Shown here piece after piece: positions 8,926 through 17,979 of a stretch of DNA of 38,415 nt. The first letter of the stretch is position 1, and every line of letters begins with the position of its first letter. The position numbers and the translations under genes are program-made. This DNA is from an uncultured Christensenella sp. (GTDB taxonomy: Bacteria; Bacillota; Clostridia; Christensenellales; Aristaeellaceae). The stretch spans positions 1-38,415 of the forward strand of contig CAYOOZ010000002.1 in NCBI GenBank assembly GCA_964405705.1, given 5' to 3'. The notes beneath the pieces were generated by a model that saw only the letters and a program-made list of their open reading frames with translations, was not told the origin of the DNA and ran no database searches.

Positions 8926-10060
8926 TTTGCCAAACCGAAAGCAAAGCCTTGTTCAGATCCGTTAAGATGTGTTCCCGGGCTTGCGATGCCCCGGTGGTCA
9001 GGCTGATGAGGCCACGCTTTTTTTCTTGATCCAAAAACATCATCTGCACCGCGCCATAGGCCATGCCCTGGTGGCCATACAAGGGTTTGGGCGCAATGGT
9101 CCTGTCATTGAGGATGAACAGGCCCAGGCCCTGGGTGAGGCTGGGATCCCGGCTGGCCAGGCTGGCGTGGGGAGAAAACATCATTTCCAGGCTCTTTTCC
9201 GTGAAAAATCCTGGGTTGAGAAGGGCCTGACCCAAACGGACCAAGCTTTGAACATCCGCGCAGCAGGCCCCCTGGGCCAGGGTGTAATGACGTTCCACAT
9301 CGACCGTATCCCAGCCCGCTGGCAAATTGGCCTGGCGGCTTTGCCCGTCAAAATTGGGCTGGCGCTTGGGCGGGAGGACGCGGCGGGCATCCGCAACGGG
9401 GGCGCTTATGAGGGCAGGGTAATAGGCCGCTTCCAGCTTCAAAGGCTCAAACAGCGCTTCAGCCATGATGCGTTGAAAGCTCTGCCCCAGTTTGGCTTCC
9501 AAGACGCTGGCAATCAGACCAAAGCCGAAATTGGAGTACACGCAGGCCGCCCCGGGCATCTGCCCGGTATAAATGTCCTCTTTTAGAAGATCAGAAGCCA
9601 TAGCGCCGCTTTCTATGCCCTCACCATAGGCCCTCCCATCCTTGATGCCCGAGGTATGGGTGAGCAGGTGAAAGAGGGTGAGCGGCAAATCCCGCGCACC
9701 CTGAGCACGCAATGAAAAAGGCAGGTTGATGTCCGCGTCCTCATCAATATTCAATGCTCCCTTTTGATGCAAGGCCAGGACGCCGGCTGCGGTGACCGTT
9801 TTGGACAGGGAGGCCAAACGAAACGCCGTCTGCCCGGTCACAGGCTGGCCCTTGCGCGCTTCCCCATAGACCAGGTGGTCCAAGAGGCCTGATGCATCAA
9901 AGAGGGCCAGGGCGCCGCCCCGAGCTTTGTGGCGCTTTAAAACGTTTGTAAATGCCTGGATTTTTTGCGCATTTAAGCTGGAAATTTGCAAGGCTTCAAG
10001 CCCGTCCCATGCCTGGGGCAGAAAATGGAGCAGGGCGCGGTAAAGCCTTAGGTACCTCAC
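8918..10060 (-). CDS. Beta-lactamase-fold serine hydrolase (PBP4*/EstB-like, class C fold)
   Basis: 380-aa ORF with the SxxK motif SLSKT, a YxN motif (YSNFGFG) and an HQG triad position. No obvious signal peptide. It has a GTG start that overlaps the lgt stop as GTGA, so the exact start is uncertain. Confidence 0.8.
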   Translation of the reverse strand: MRYLRLYRALLHFLPQAWDGLEALQISSLNAQKIQAFTNVLKRHKARGGALALFDASGLLDHLVYGEARKGQPVTGQTAFRLASLSKTVTAAGVLALHQKGALNIDEDADINLPFSLRAQGARDLPLTLFHLLTHTSGIKDGRAYGEGIESGAMASDLLKEDIYTGQMPGAACVYSNFGFGLIASVLEAKLGQSFQRIMAEALFEPLKLEAAYYPALISAPVADARRVLPPKRQPNFDGQSRQANLPAGWDTVDVERHYTLAQGACCADVQSLVRLGQALLNPGFFTEKSLEMMFSPHASLASRDPSLTQGLGLFILNDRTIAPKPLYGHQGMAYGAVQMMFLDQEKKRGLISLTTGASQAREHILTDLNKALLSVWQND

Positions 10061-10932
10061 GCAATCCCCCGCTCTCTTTTTTTCATAAAGTCAACCAATA
10101 CGCAGATGACAAAGGCAAACAGCAGGAAGTAGGCTGGCAAAAGCAGGCCTGACACCCCCAGGGCTGAGAGCAGAATGCCCATTAGGCCCAGGAACCAGAG
10201 GACCAGCCAGCCCTTGTTGAGCTTTAACTGAACCACCATCACAAGGCCCGTGACCGCCAGCAGCACAACGCTGAGCCCCTGGGAAACCCGCAGGCTTCCC
10301 CACATGAGGCTGTCTGTCCTTAAGCCTTCAATCATCATCCGCCCCAGGGAATACCATAATAGATACCAGGCAAAGACCCAGCCATTCCCCTTTTGGTAGC
10401 AGGTTTTACGGAGCAAAAGCAAGAGCGCAAACCCGGCCAGGTTCCAGAGCGACTCATAAAAGAAAGTGGCCAGATGCCAGGCGCCGTCGGCGAAAATGGC
10501 ATAGGGAAAAAACTGGAGCGCTTGGTTTGTGACCTCGTAGCCATAGGCCTCCAGGTTGAAAAAATTGCCCCATCGGCCGATGGCCTGGCCCAAAAGCAGG
10601 CCGGGGGCCACGAGGTCCGCTAAGAGCCAGAAGGACATTTTTTTGCGCTTGGCCAAGAGAAAGCCGCCCAGAACCCCGCCAATGACGCCGCCATAAATGG
10701 CCAGACCGCCCTCCCAGACGCGGAAGAAGCTGAGAAAGTCCCCGGCGTAGCGCTCATAATGAAAGATGACGAAATAAACCCGGGAAAAGAGGATGGCCAG
10801 GGGCACCACCCACAGGGCGATGTCATAGGCCAAATCCGTCCCCAGGTTTTTCCGTTTGCTCTCAAGGGCGATGTAGACAACGGCCAACAAGACGCCCAGG
10901 GCAATCATGAGGCCATAGAGGTTAAAATGCAT
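10057..10932 (-). CDS. lgt: Prolipoprotein diacylglyceryl transferase
   Basis: 291-aa polytopic membrane ORF with the Lgt signature GRWGNFFNLEAYG and conserved YxxxR/GGLxxxGG regions. Confidence 0.9.
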   Translation of the reverse strand: MHFNLYGLMIALGVLLAVVYIALESKRKNLGTDLAYDIALWVVPLAILFSRVYFVIFHYERYAGDFLSFFRVWEGGLAIYGGVIGGVLGGFLLAKRKKMSFWLLADLVAPGLLLGQAIGRWGNFFNLEAYGYEVTNQALQFFPYAIFADGAWHLATFFYESLWNLAGFALLLLLRKTCYQKGNGWVFAWYLLWYSLGRMMIEGLRTDSLMWGSLRVSQGLSVVLLAVTGLVMVVQLKLNKGWLVLWFLGLMGILLSALGVSGLLLPAYFLLFAFVICVLVDFMKKRERGIA

Positions 10933-10940
10933 CCCTTGCC

Positions 10941-12077
10941 TTAACGGGCTTCCGCATCAATGACCTTGAGGGTGTCAATGATGGGGAGCTGCTGGGGGCA
11001 GACTGCCTCACAGGCGCCGCAGGCCACGCACAGGGAGCCGTCCGCATCCTCCTTGATGAGGGCGTTGTAGTTCCACTTGAGGGCGTTTAGGTTGTTGAAC
11101 ATATAGGACTCGTTGTAGATTTTGAAAATCCGGGGAATCTTGACCCCATGGGGGCAGGGTTGGCAGTAGTCGCAGGCCGTGCAGCCAATCTTGACACGGG
11201 AGAGGTACTGGCCCTTGATGTCCTTGATGAAGGCATGCTGCTGCTCTGTCAAAGAATTGGGCTTGACCTGCTCAAAGATGCGCAGGTTATCCTCCACCTG
11301 TTCCATGGTGCTCATGCCAGAGAGGATGGTGACCACCTGGGGGAAATCCCCTGCATAGCGGAAGGCCCATTCCACCGGGGAATACCCGCTGCCCTCGTTC
11401 TGCATGGATTCCCGGATGGACTCAGGCGGGTTGGCCAGGGCGCCGCCGCGCAGGGGCTCCATTACGACCACGGAAATGCCCTTTTCACCTGCGTACAAAA
11501 GGCCGTCCAGGCCAGCCTGGAACTGGTCATCCAAATAGTTAAACTGAATCTGCGCCATGTCCCAGGGATAATCATCTATGATGCGCAGGAAGACCTCATG
11601 GTCATCATGGAAGGAGAAGCCGGCGTGGCGGATGCGGCCATCGGCCTTGGCCTTCTCTAAAAACTTGGGGTAATTCAGACGCTGAAGCTTTTTGAAGGCC
11701 TCATCGTGCAGGGCATGGAGCAGGTAAAAATCCAGGTAGGACACATCCAGCTTTTTAAGCTGCTCATCCAGGAGCCTGTCCATGTCCTCCTCCTTTTCCA
11801 CCAGCCACTGGGGCAGTTTGGAGGTGAGGAGCACCTTTTCCCGGTAACCGTCCTTGAGCCCAAGGCCGGTGACAATCTCGCTCTCCCCGTCGTGGTAGCC
11901 ATAGGCGGTATCCACATAGTTGATGCCCTTGTCAATCCCATGGCGCAGCATACGGATGGCCTCCGGACGATCGATCACCCGCTTGTCGCCCTCAATCACA
12001 AAGGTGGGCAGGCGCATCATGCCAAAGCCCAGCCGGCTGACCTGATGCCCTGTCTTCCCAAAAGGTACGGTTTGCAT
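10941..12077 (-). CDS. Aldo/keto reductase with C-terminal 4Fe-4S ferredoxin-type domain
   Basis: 378-aa ORF with an AKR N-terminus (VSRLGFGMMRLP, DTAYGYHDGESE). The C-terminal Cys clusters are CTACDYCQPCP and CVACGACEAVCP. An RBS GAGGAGG lies upstream. Confidence 0.85.
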   Translation of the reverse strand: MQTVPFGKTGHQVSRLGFGMMRLPTFVIEGDKRVIDRPEAIRMLRHGIDKGINYVDTAYGYHDGESEIVTGLGLKDGYREKVLLTSKLPQWLVEKEEDMDRLLDEQLKKLDVSYLDFYLLHALHDEAFKKLQRLNYPKFLEKAKADGRIRHAGFSFHDDHEVFLRIIDDYPWDMAQIQFNYLDDQFQAGLDGLLYAGEKGISVVVMEPLRGGALANPPESIRESMQNEGSGYSPVEWAFRYAGDFPQVVTILSGMSTMEQVEDNLRIFEQVKPNSLTEQQHAFIKDIKGQYLSRVKIGCTACDYCQPCPHGVKIPRIFKIYNESYMFNNLNALKWNYNALIKEDADGSLCVACGACEAVCPQQLPIIDTLKVIDAEAR

Positions 12078-12105
12078 ACGAATCCTCCTCGTTTTGACGT
12101 TCTGA

Positions 12106-12114
12106 TATTAGCAA
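12106..12114 (-). promoter_or_regulatory. Candidate extended -10 promoter upstream of the AKR-lgt-hydrolase-recX unit
   Basis: The minus strand reads TGCTAATAT (TGn + TAATAT) about 28 nt upstream of the AKR ATG. No convincing -35 box. Confidence 0.3.
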
Positions 12115-12157
12115 AAGCTTGTGGACACATTTTAACCGAAATGTCGGGATTCGTCCA

Positions 12158-13429
12158 TTAAAAATCCTGTAAATCCATTAAAAATGCCGAATCGGGCAAA
12201 TATTTGCGGGCCAGGAGGCAGCGGTACACCGGATTATGCACAAGCCTGTCCTTTTGGTGAATGACCTGGAAGCTGGAAAAAAGCTTTGTGCCGTCCGGAA
12301 GGACAACCTGGCCCGCTCCCTCGCTTGAAAGGCCCAGCGCCTTCATGTCCTCAGCCGGGCTGATTTGAGAGAGGCGGTTGTGGCAGCGGTTGCCCAACAG
12401 GAGGTCAAAGACCCCGGTTTCCGGGTCCATGGCCAGGTGGTTGCCGGTGTAGCCGGCCAAACCAAAGGACCTTAAGCCCATCCATTCTGGCACCTCGCTT
12501 TTAAACTGCAAGGGGGAGCGGCAAAAGCACAATAACCCTAAAAATTGGCGGTAGTTGCCCTGATGGGTTAAAAAGCCGGTGCGGTTGACGCCGATTTGCA
12601 GCAGGGTTTCTTTGCTGATGAAAACACCGCTTAAGAGGGCCTGGACAAAGCGGCAGACATCGTCCGCGGTGGCAAACAGCCCCGCGTGGCCGGAAAGGGG
12701 ATGCTGATCTGTTTGCAGCAGCCGGGCTTTGGGGTCATGCGGACGCCCTGGGACAGCGTCCTTGATGAGTCTGAACATACCATTTTGCCAATGATACTCA
12801 TAGTTGTAATCCATCAGGTCACCCTGGCGCTCCCGGGGGATGACAGCCCAGGTTTCCATAAGCCCAGCCGGCTTTAAGAGATAGCGCGTCAAAAACTGGT
12901 CAAAGGGCAGGCCAGAGACCGCCTCCACCATAAACTGCAAGACCAGGGCGTTCATGTCCGAATAGAGCCGCTCCTCCGCCAAAATGGGCACGCGGCGGAC
13001 AGAAAAGAGCACCTCCCGCGCCAAAAACGCGTCCGGTTGCGCGTCCACGCGTTCCTGCGTCCGCAGGCAAGCCAGATAGGAGAGGACTTCCTCCACCGTG
13101 GTATCAGAAAGATGGACAAAGCGCGGGTCCAGGCGGGCAATGCTGTCTGATAGTCGGATTTCGCCACTTTGAACCAGCATTAAAACGCTGACCAAGGTGT
13201 ACAGCTTGGTCAGCGAGGCCAAATCATAGATGGTGGATGGGGTGATAGGCTCCTGGGCTTGTTCAAAGCCCTGAGGGCTGAAAACAACCTCGCGCTCGTG
13301 CCCGGTGGAAAAGGTGAAATGCTCGCTTTGCTTGCCGTAGCAGACCGTCATCCCGGTGAGCATTTTCTTGTCATGCACCAATTCCCGCATGGCGCTTTGC
13401 AGCGCCTGCTCCGCGAGTTGGATGCTCAC
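12158..13429 (-). CDS. Beta-lactamase-fold serine hydrolase, apparently cytoplasmic
   Basis: 423-aa ORF with SxxK motif SLTKL, a YSD/YxN-position motif and GYTGN (K/H-T/S-G position). No signal peptide. It abuts the upstream gene with no intergenic nucleotides. Confidence 0.8.
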   Translation of the reverse strand: MSIQLAEQALQSAMRELVHDKKMLTGMTVCYGKQSEHFTFSTGHEREVVFSPQGFEQAQEPITPSTIYDLASLTKLYTLVSVLMLVQSGEIRLSDSIARLDPRFVHLSDTTVEEVLSYLACLRTQERVDAQPDAFLAREVLFSVRRVPILAEERLYSDMNALVLQFMVEAVSGLPFDQFLTRYLLKPAGLMETWAVIPRERQGDLMDYNYEYHWQNGMFRLIKDAVPGRPHDPKARLLQTDQHPLSGHAGLFATADDVCRFVQALLSGVFISKETLLQIGVNRTGFLTHQGNYRQFLGLLCFCRSPLQFKSEVPEWMGLRSFGLAGYTGNHLAMDPETGVFDLLLGNRCHNRLSQISPAEDMKALGLSSEGAGQVVLPDGTKLFSSFQVIHQKDRLVHNPVYRCLLARKYLPDSAFLMDLQDF

Positions 13430-14059
13430 TTAGACAAATTCCAGAAGGCCAAAAAACTCCGGCCGGTGAAAGCGGCGCTCCCCTGTCGCTTGCCAGGCCT
13501 GCAATTCCTCTCCCCTGACGCTGTGGTCAATGCGGAACACGTTAAAAGGCCAGGCCTCCCCCACACGGGGTTTCTCAGCGAACATGGCATAGGGCAGGAC
13601 CCAAAGGCTGGTGGTCTGATGCGCCTTTTTATCATAGCGGGTGGTCGTCAAAAAGCCGGGGGTGTCCCAGTTCATGTCCAGGCGTTGCTCCTGAGCGGAA
13701 ACAAAGAGGATGTTGCCGCAAAAGGTAACATCATAGGGGCTGACCTCAATCTCCCGGTACTCCTCCGCCTTACCCGCATCTGAAATAAACAATTCAAATA
13801 CATCCTGGGTGTAGAGCGGCTCGTCGTGCAGGCGGTAGGTGGAGTGGATGCCGTCATCCTCCGCCGTGATTTTGATGTAGAAGGCCTGGGCGGCGTCATC
13901 CCTTACAACCTTAAATTCAGTGTTCAAGAAGGGGCGCTTGCCGCTGACCACCTCCTTAAGTTCCCCAGGTGCTACCGTGTCCCAGATGGCATCCGCCACC
14001 TGGGGCACAGTGGGCAAGGTCACATTGGCGCAGGAATAGCGGGCAGGTCTTGAACGCAT
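13430..14059 (-). CDS. CBM9-like (carbohydrate-binding family 9-like / DOMON-like) protein
   Basis: 209-aa ORF. The pattern Y-x-C near the N-terminus, IWD, DVFELFI, YREIEVSP, WPFNVFR and C-terminal FHRPEFFG matches my recollection of the CBM9-like family. No signal peptide. A strong RBS AGGAGG lies upstream. Confidence 0.6.
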   Translation of the reverse strand: MRSRPARYSCANVTLPTVPQVADAIWDTVAPGELKEVVSGKRPFLNTEFKVVRDDAAQAFYIKITAEDDGIHSTYRLHDEPLYTQDVFELFISDAGKAEEYREIEVSPYDVTFCGNILFVSAQEQRLDMNWDTPGFLTTTRYDKKAHQTTSLWVLPYAMFAEKPRVGEAWPFNVFRIDHSVRGEELQAWQATGERRFHRPEFFGLLEFV

Positions 14060-14083
14060 ATCCGTCCTCCTTTGTGGTTTTGA

Positions 14084-15262
14084 TTACTTCAGCGCTTCCA
14101 AGAGGCGAGCGGCCAGGCCGCGGGCTGCCTCCAGTTCCTCCTCATTGGGGCGCATGCGGGCACGAACCCCTTCCAGCGTTTTGACCTTTAATTGCTCCAG
14201 GCGGCCGGTCATGTTGGCGACGGCCTCACCCGACCATCCATAGGAACCAAAGGCGGCCGCGACCTTGCCCTTTAAGGAGTAGGGATGGAGACCGGCCATC
14301 AGCTCCGTGATGGGCTGGAGCGTGTCGCCCAGGAAGGTGGGTGAGCCAAAAAGGACGCCATCCGCCGCGGCAATGGCGGCATAGGCCTTGTCCTTGTTGT
14401 TTTCATCCAACTCAATCATGGTGACGGGGAGGGATTTTTTGATTTCTTCTTCCAAAGTCTGGGCCAGCTTTCTGGTGTAGCCATAGGCGCTGACATAAAC
14501 GATGGCCACGGATTTGCCCGTCTTTTGCGGCACCGCGCTTAAGCGGTCATAGATGGCCAGCACATCCTCTATCCCCTCGTCCAGCGCTGCCCCATGGCCG
14601 GTGTAGATAACGCTGGGGTTAAGTTCGCGCACAGCCTTGATGCCGTTGTGGACAAAGGGCGCGGCAAAGGGGCTCATGATGTCCATGTAGTATTTTTCTA
14701 CGTTGGATAAATAATCCGCCTTGTCCTTTAAGGTGCTAAACAACAGCGGCGCATAGGCATGGTGAGCGCCCATGAAGTCGCAGGTGAACAGAGCATTGGA
14801 CAGGGAATCATGGGTGAACATGGTGTCTGGCCAGTGCAGGTTGGGCATGGGATAGAAGGTGAGCTCACGCCCGCCCAGGTCTACCTTGTCGCCCTTTTTG
14901 ACGGTAAGGGAGTTGAAGGGCTGGTTGATGATCTGACCGATGAAGGTGATGGCGCTGGAGGTGCCAATGAGCTGCAAACTGCTGTTGCGCTTCAACAATT
15001 CCGGGATGATGCCGGCGTGATCGGGCTCCGTATGGTTGATGATCAGGTAATCCACCGACTCAAAGGGCACGATGGCTTCAATATTTTTCAGGTATTGCTC
15101 CAGATAGCCTTCCTTGGCGGTTTCAATCAGGGCGGTTTTCTCGCTGCCCTTGACGAGGTAGGCGTTATAGCTAGTGCCCTTGGGTGTTTTCATGATAATG
15201 TCGAACACTTCCAATTCCGGGTTCTGGACGCCGACAGAGTATATTTGGTGCTTGAGTTCCAT
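14084..15262 (-). CDS. fprA: FprA-family flavodiiron protein (metallo-beta-lactamase domain + flavodoxin domain)
   Basis: 392-aa ORF with the di-iron motif INHTEPDHAG in the N-terminal MBL fold. The C-terminal flavodoxin-like domain reads VAIVYVSAYGYTRKLAQ...LFGSPTF. Confidence 0.85.
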   Translation of the reverse strand: MELKHQIYSVGVQNPELEVFDIIMKTPKGTSYNAYLVKGSEKTALIETAKEGYLEQYLKNIEAIVPFESVDYLIINHTEPDHAGIIPELLKRNSSLQLIGTSSAITFIGQIINQPFNSLTVKKGDKVDLGGRELTFYPMPNLHWPDTMFTHDSLSNALFTCDFMGAHHAYAPLLFSTLKDKADYLSNVEKYYMDIMSPFAAPFVHNGIKAVRELNPSVIYTGHGAALDEGIEDVLAIYDRLSAVPQKTGKSVAIVYVSAYGYTRKLAQTLEEEIKKSLPVTMIELDENNKDKAYAAIAAADGVLFGSPTFLGDTLQPITELMAGLHPYSLKGKVAAAFGSYGWSGEAVANMTGRLEQLKVKTLEGVRARMRPNEEELEAARGLAARLLEALK

Positions 15263-15319
15263 TAGGCTATGCCCTCCTTGGTCAAATAATATGTTCTGGC
15301 ACTTGGTGACCCTTCTTAG

Positions 15320-15328
15320 AGTATACCA
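15320..15328 (-). promoter_or_regulatory. Candidate extended -10 promoter for fprA
   Basis: The minus strand reads TGGTATACT (TGn + TATACT) about 58 nt upstream of the fprA ATG. The -35 region is poor. Confidence 0.3.
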
Positions 15329-15471
15329 CTGAATGACTGGACAAAGGAATGAAAAGAAAACATTTGCATACTTTTATAGCGCTTCGGGTAAATACCCTGT
15401 AGGCCGGGTTAACCTTGACAAAACGATGCCCAAAAAGGAGGGGGCACCTGCTTCACATGGTCTGACAAAGA

Positions 15472-15500
15472 TTGACAGGCCCGGACAAACACTATACAAT
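15472..15500 (+). promoter_or_regulatory. Candidate sigmaA-type promoter of the ABC importer operon
   Basis: TTGACA (15472-15477), a 17-nt spacer, then TACAAT (15495-15500). An RBS GAGGAGG (15527-15533) precedes the ATG at 15539. Confidence 0.55.
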
Positions 15501-15538
15501 TTGATAGTCATGGAAAAGAAAAAAATGAGGAGGTACAC

Positions 15539-17959
15539 ATGAAAAAGCTTCTTTCCATCATTCTGATGCTGAGCATGGTCGTCAGTCTGACTGCCTTTGC
15601 TGAGCAAGGGACGCCTTCCTACACCTGGGATTTGGCGGTCACTTCCTTCCCCACCACCTGGAGCCCCTTCACCTTCCAGACCGCCACGGACGGCGACATG
15701 CTGGACTACCTGTCAAACGGTTTTTATCTGTTTGACTACAACGACACCATGGATGGCTACAAGCTGATTCCGTGGGCTGCCAAGGACTTCCCCGTTGATG
15801 TGACTGAGCAGTACATCGGCGAAACGTGGGGCATTTCAGAGTTTGTGAGCACGGACGCTGGTGAAGCGACTGAAGAGCGCACCACCGGGCGCGCCTGGAA
15901 AATCCCCCTGCGCGATGACCTGAAATGGGAAGACGGCACCCCGATTAAGGCTGAGAACTTTGTGAACTCCGCCAAATTGCTGCTCAACCCCAAGGCGCAG
16001 AACCACCGCGCTGACTCCCTTTATTCCGGCAGCCTGCGCATCACCAACGCCGAAGGCTACGCCAAGCAGGGCGTGCCCGCTGACACCAAGTACAGCGAAC
16101 TGATGGCGCTTGACGGCGCGCAAGACAAGGACGCCTGGCTTGAGAGCAAGGGCGAGGAAAAGGGCTACGTCAACTGGAGCTACTCCTTTGGCGACACCTA
16201 TGACTTTGAAGCCAAAGCGTGGACCGGCGCTGCCGAAAACGCTGTGGTTGAAACCCCGCTGACCATCAAGGAGCTCTATGAGTTCTACACCGTTGGCGAA
16301 GGCGGCGCCTACATCACCTGGGCGGATGAAGCCACCCGCAAGGAATGGGCGATGGACGAGCTGTACGGCAAGTACACCTGGCCGGATACCGCTTGGGAAA
16401 CCGTTGGCTTCCTGGCCGATGGCGAGAACGACATCGTCCTGATCCTGGATAAGCCCCTGTCTGGCTTCTACCTGCACTACGCGCTGACTTCCTCTTACCT
16501 GGCCAATGAGGAAATGTACGAGAAGTCCGGCACCGAAAAGGACGGCGTGTACACCAACACCTACGGCACCACCGTTGAAACCACGATGTCCTGGGGCCCC
16601 TACAAGCTAACCGGCTTCCAGTCTGACAAGCTCTACACCGTTGAGCGCAATGAGAACTGGTTTGGCTACAACATGGAAGAGAACAAGGACCGCTACCAGA
16701 CCACCCGGATCAACACCAACCTGGTCATGGAAGCCTCCACCCGCCTTGAAATGTTCTTAAACGGCCAGCTGGATGGCTTTGGCCTGAGCAAGGACTATAT
16801 TGAGGAATATGGCAAGTCCGACTATGCCTACTACACCGAGGGCGACTCTGTGTTTGCCATGGTGTTCAACCCTGACTTCTCCGCGCTGGAAACCAACCAG
16901 AAGGCCGCTGGTGAAAAGGTCAACAAGACCATCCTCACGCTGAAGGATTTCCGCGTAGCGATGAGCCTGGCGATGAACCGCTCTGAGTTCCTCCTGGCCG
17001 CTGACCCCGTGAGCCAGCCCGCTTTGGCCATCTACTCCGGCCAGATCGTCGCTGACCCGGACAACGGCATCTTCTACCGCAACACAGACGTCGCCAAGCA
17101 GGTCGTGGTTGATTTCTGGGGCCTGAGCGATGAAATTGGCGAAGGCAAGATGTACGCCACCACTGATGAGGCCATTGACAGCATCTCCGGCTATAACCTG
17201 GAGATGGCGCGCGAGTACTTCAACAAGGCGTATGACGCGGCCATTGAAAAGGGCCTGATGACCGAGGAGGACACTGTCCAGATCATCATCGGTACCCCCA
17301 ACATGACCAGCGCTTTCTACAACGCCGGCTATGACTTCATCGTCAACAACTACACTGAGGCTGTGAAGGGCACCAAGCTGGAAGGCAAACTGACCTTCTC
17401 CCGCGATGGCACCCTGGGCAATGGCTTCTCTGACGCGCTGAAGAACAACAACGTGGACATGCTGTTTGGCGTTGGCTGGACCGGTTCCACCTTTGACCCC
17501 TACAGCCTGATGGAAGTGTTCGTGAGCCCCACCTACCAGTATGACCCCTCCTTTGACGCGAGCACCCACCAGATAGAGATTGAGATTGACGGTGTCAAGT
17601 ACACCGCCAGCATGCTTGCCTGGTATGAGGCCATGAACGCCACCCCCACCACCCTTAAGAACGTGGAAACCGGTGAGACGGTCGTCATGTCCTTCCCCTA
17701 CAGCGCTGACGCTGAAAAGGCCGCCAACCGCATCAAGGTGCTGGGCGCCCTGGAAGGCACCGTTTTGCAGCTGTATGACTTCATCCCCTTGATGGGCAAC
17801 TACTCCGCCTCCTTAAAGGGCATGCAGATCAAATACTACACCGAGGACCAGATTTTCCCCATGGGCCGCGGCGGACTGCGCTACATGACCTATGAGTATG
17901 ATGACGCTGCCTGGGAAGCCTTTGTGAAGGACCAGGGCGGCACCCTCAACTACAAGTAA
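15539..17959 (+). CDS. ABC transporter substrate-binding protein, family 5 (Opp/Dpp type), unusually large
   Basis: 806-aa ORF with an N-terminal signal peptide (MKKLLSIILMLSMVVSLTAFA/EQ). It carries the family-5 hallmark segment WKIPLRDDLKWEDGTPIKAENFVNS. It is the first gene of a five-gene ABC operon. Confidence 0.9.
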   Translation: MKKLLSIILMLSMVVSLTAFAEQGTPSYTWDLAVTSFPTTWSPFTFQTATDGDMLDYLSNGFYLFDYNDTMDGYKLIPWAAKDFPVDVTEQYIGETWGISEFVSTDAGEATEERTTGRAWKIPLRDDLKWEDGTPIKAENFVNSAKLLLNPKAQNHRADSLYSGSLRITNAEGYAKQGVPADTKYSELMALDGAQDKDAWLESKGEEKGYVNWSYSFGDTYDFEAKAWTGAAENAVVETPLTIKELYEFYTVGEGGAYITWADEATRKEWAMDELYGKYTWPDTAWETVGFLADGENDIVLILDKPLSGFYLHYALTSSYLANEEMYEKSGTEKDGVYTNTYGTTVETTMSWGPYKLTGFQSDKLYTVERNENWFGYNMEENKDRYQTTRINTNLVMEASTRLEMFLNGQLDGFGLSKDYIEEYGKSDYAYYTEGDSVFAMVFNPDFSALETNQKAAGEKVNKTILTLKDFRVAMSLAMNRSEFLLAADPVSQPALAIYSGQIVADPDNGIFYRNTDVAKQVVVDFWGLSDEIGEGKMYATTDEAIDSISGYNLEMAREYFNKAYDAAIEKGLMTEEDTVQIIIGTPNMTSAFYNAGYDFIVNNYTEAVKGTKLEGKLTFSRDGTLGNGFSDALKNNNVDMLFGVGWTGSTFDPYSLMEVFVSPTYQYDPSFDASTHQIEIEIDGVKYTASMLAWYEAMNATPTTLKNVETGETVVMSFPYSADAEKAANRIKVLGALEGTVLQLYDFIPLMGNYSASLKGMQIKYYTEDQIFPMGRGGLRYMTYEYDDAAWEAFVKDQGGTLNYK

Positions 17960-17979
17960 TTAACCCCGCCAGGTGGCAA

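Noticed and set aside
12078-12157. A possible terminator after the 423-aa serine hydrolase gene (CCGA-CATT-TCGG).
   Set aside because: It is only a 4-bp stem with no U-tract, too weak to call. The region is better explained as the promoter/leader of the downstream AKR gene.
12154-12185. A 12-nt direct repeat TCCATTAAAAAT occurs twice (12154-12165 and 12174-12185) at the 3' end of the serine hydrolase gene.
   Set aside because: There are only two short copies. They mostly lie within the C-terminal codons and stop of the gene (…AFLMDLQDF*). There is no array, no flanking inverted repeats, and no sign of an insertion scar.
15333-15542. A 69-aa ORF in the fprA / ABC-operon intergenic region.
   Set aside because: It has no RBS, spans the predicted promoter and RBS of the SBP gene, and has a low-complexity Lys-rich C-terminus. 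It is most likely non-coding control DNA.
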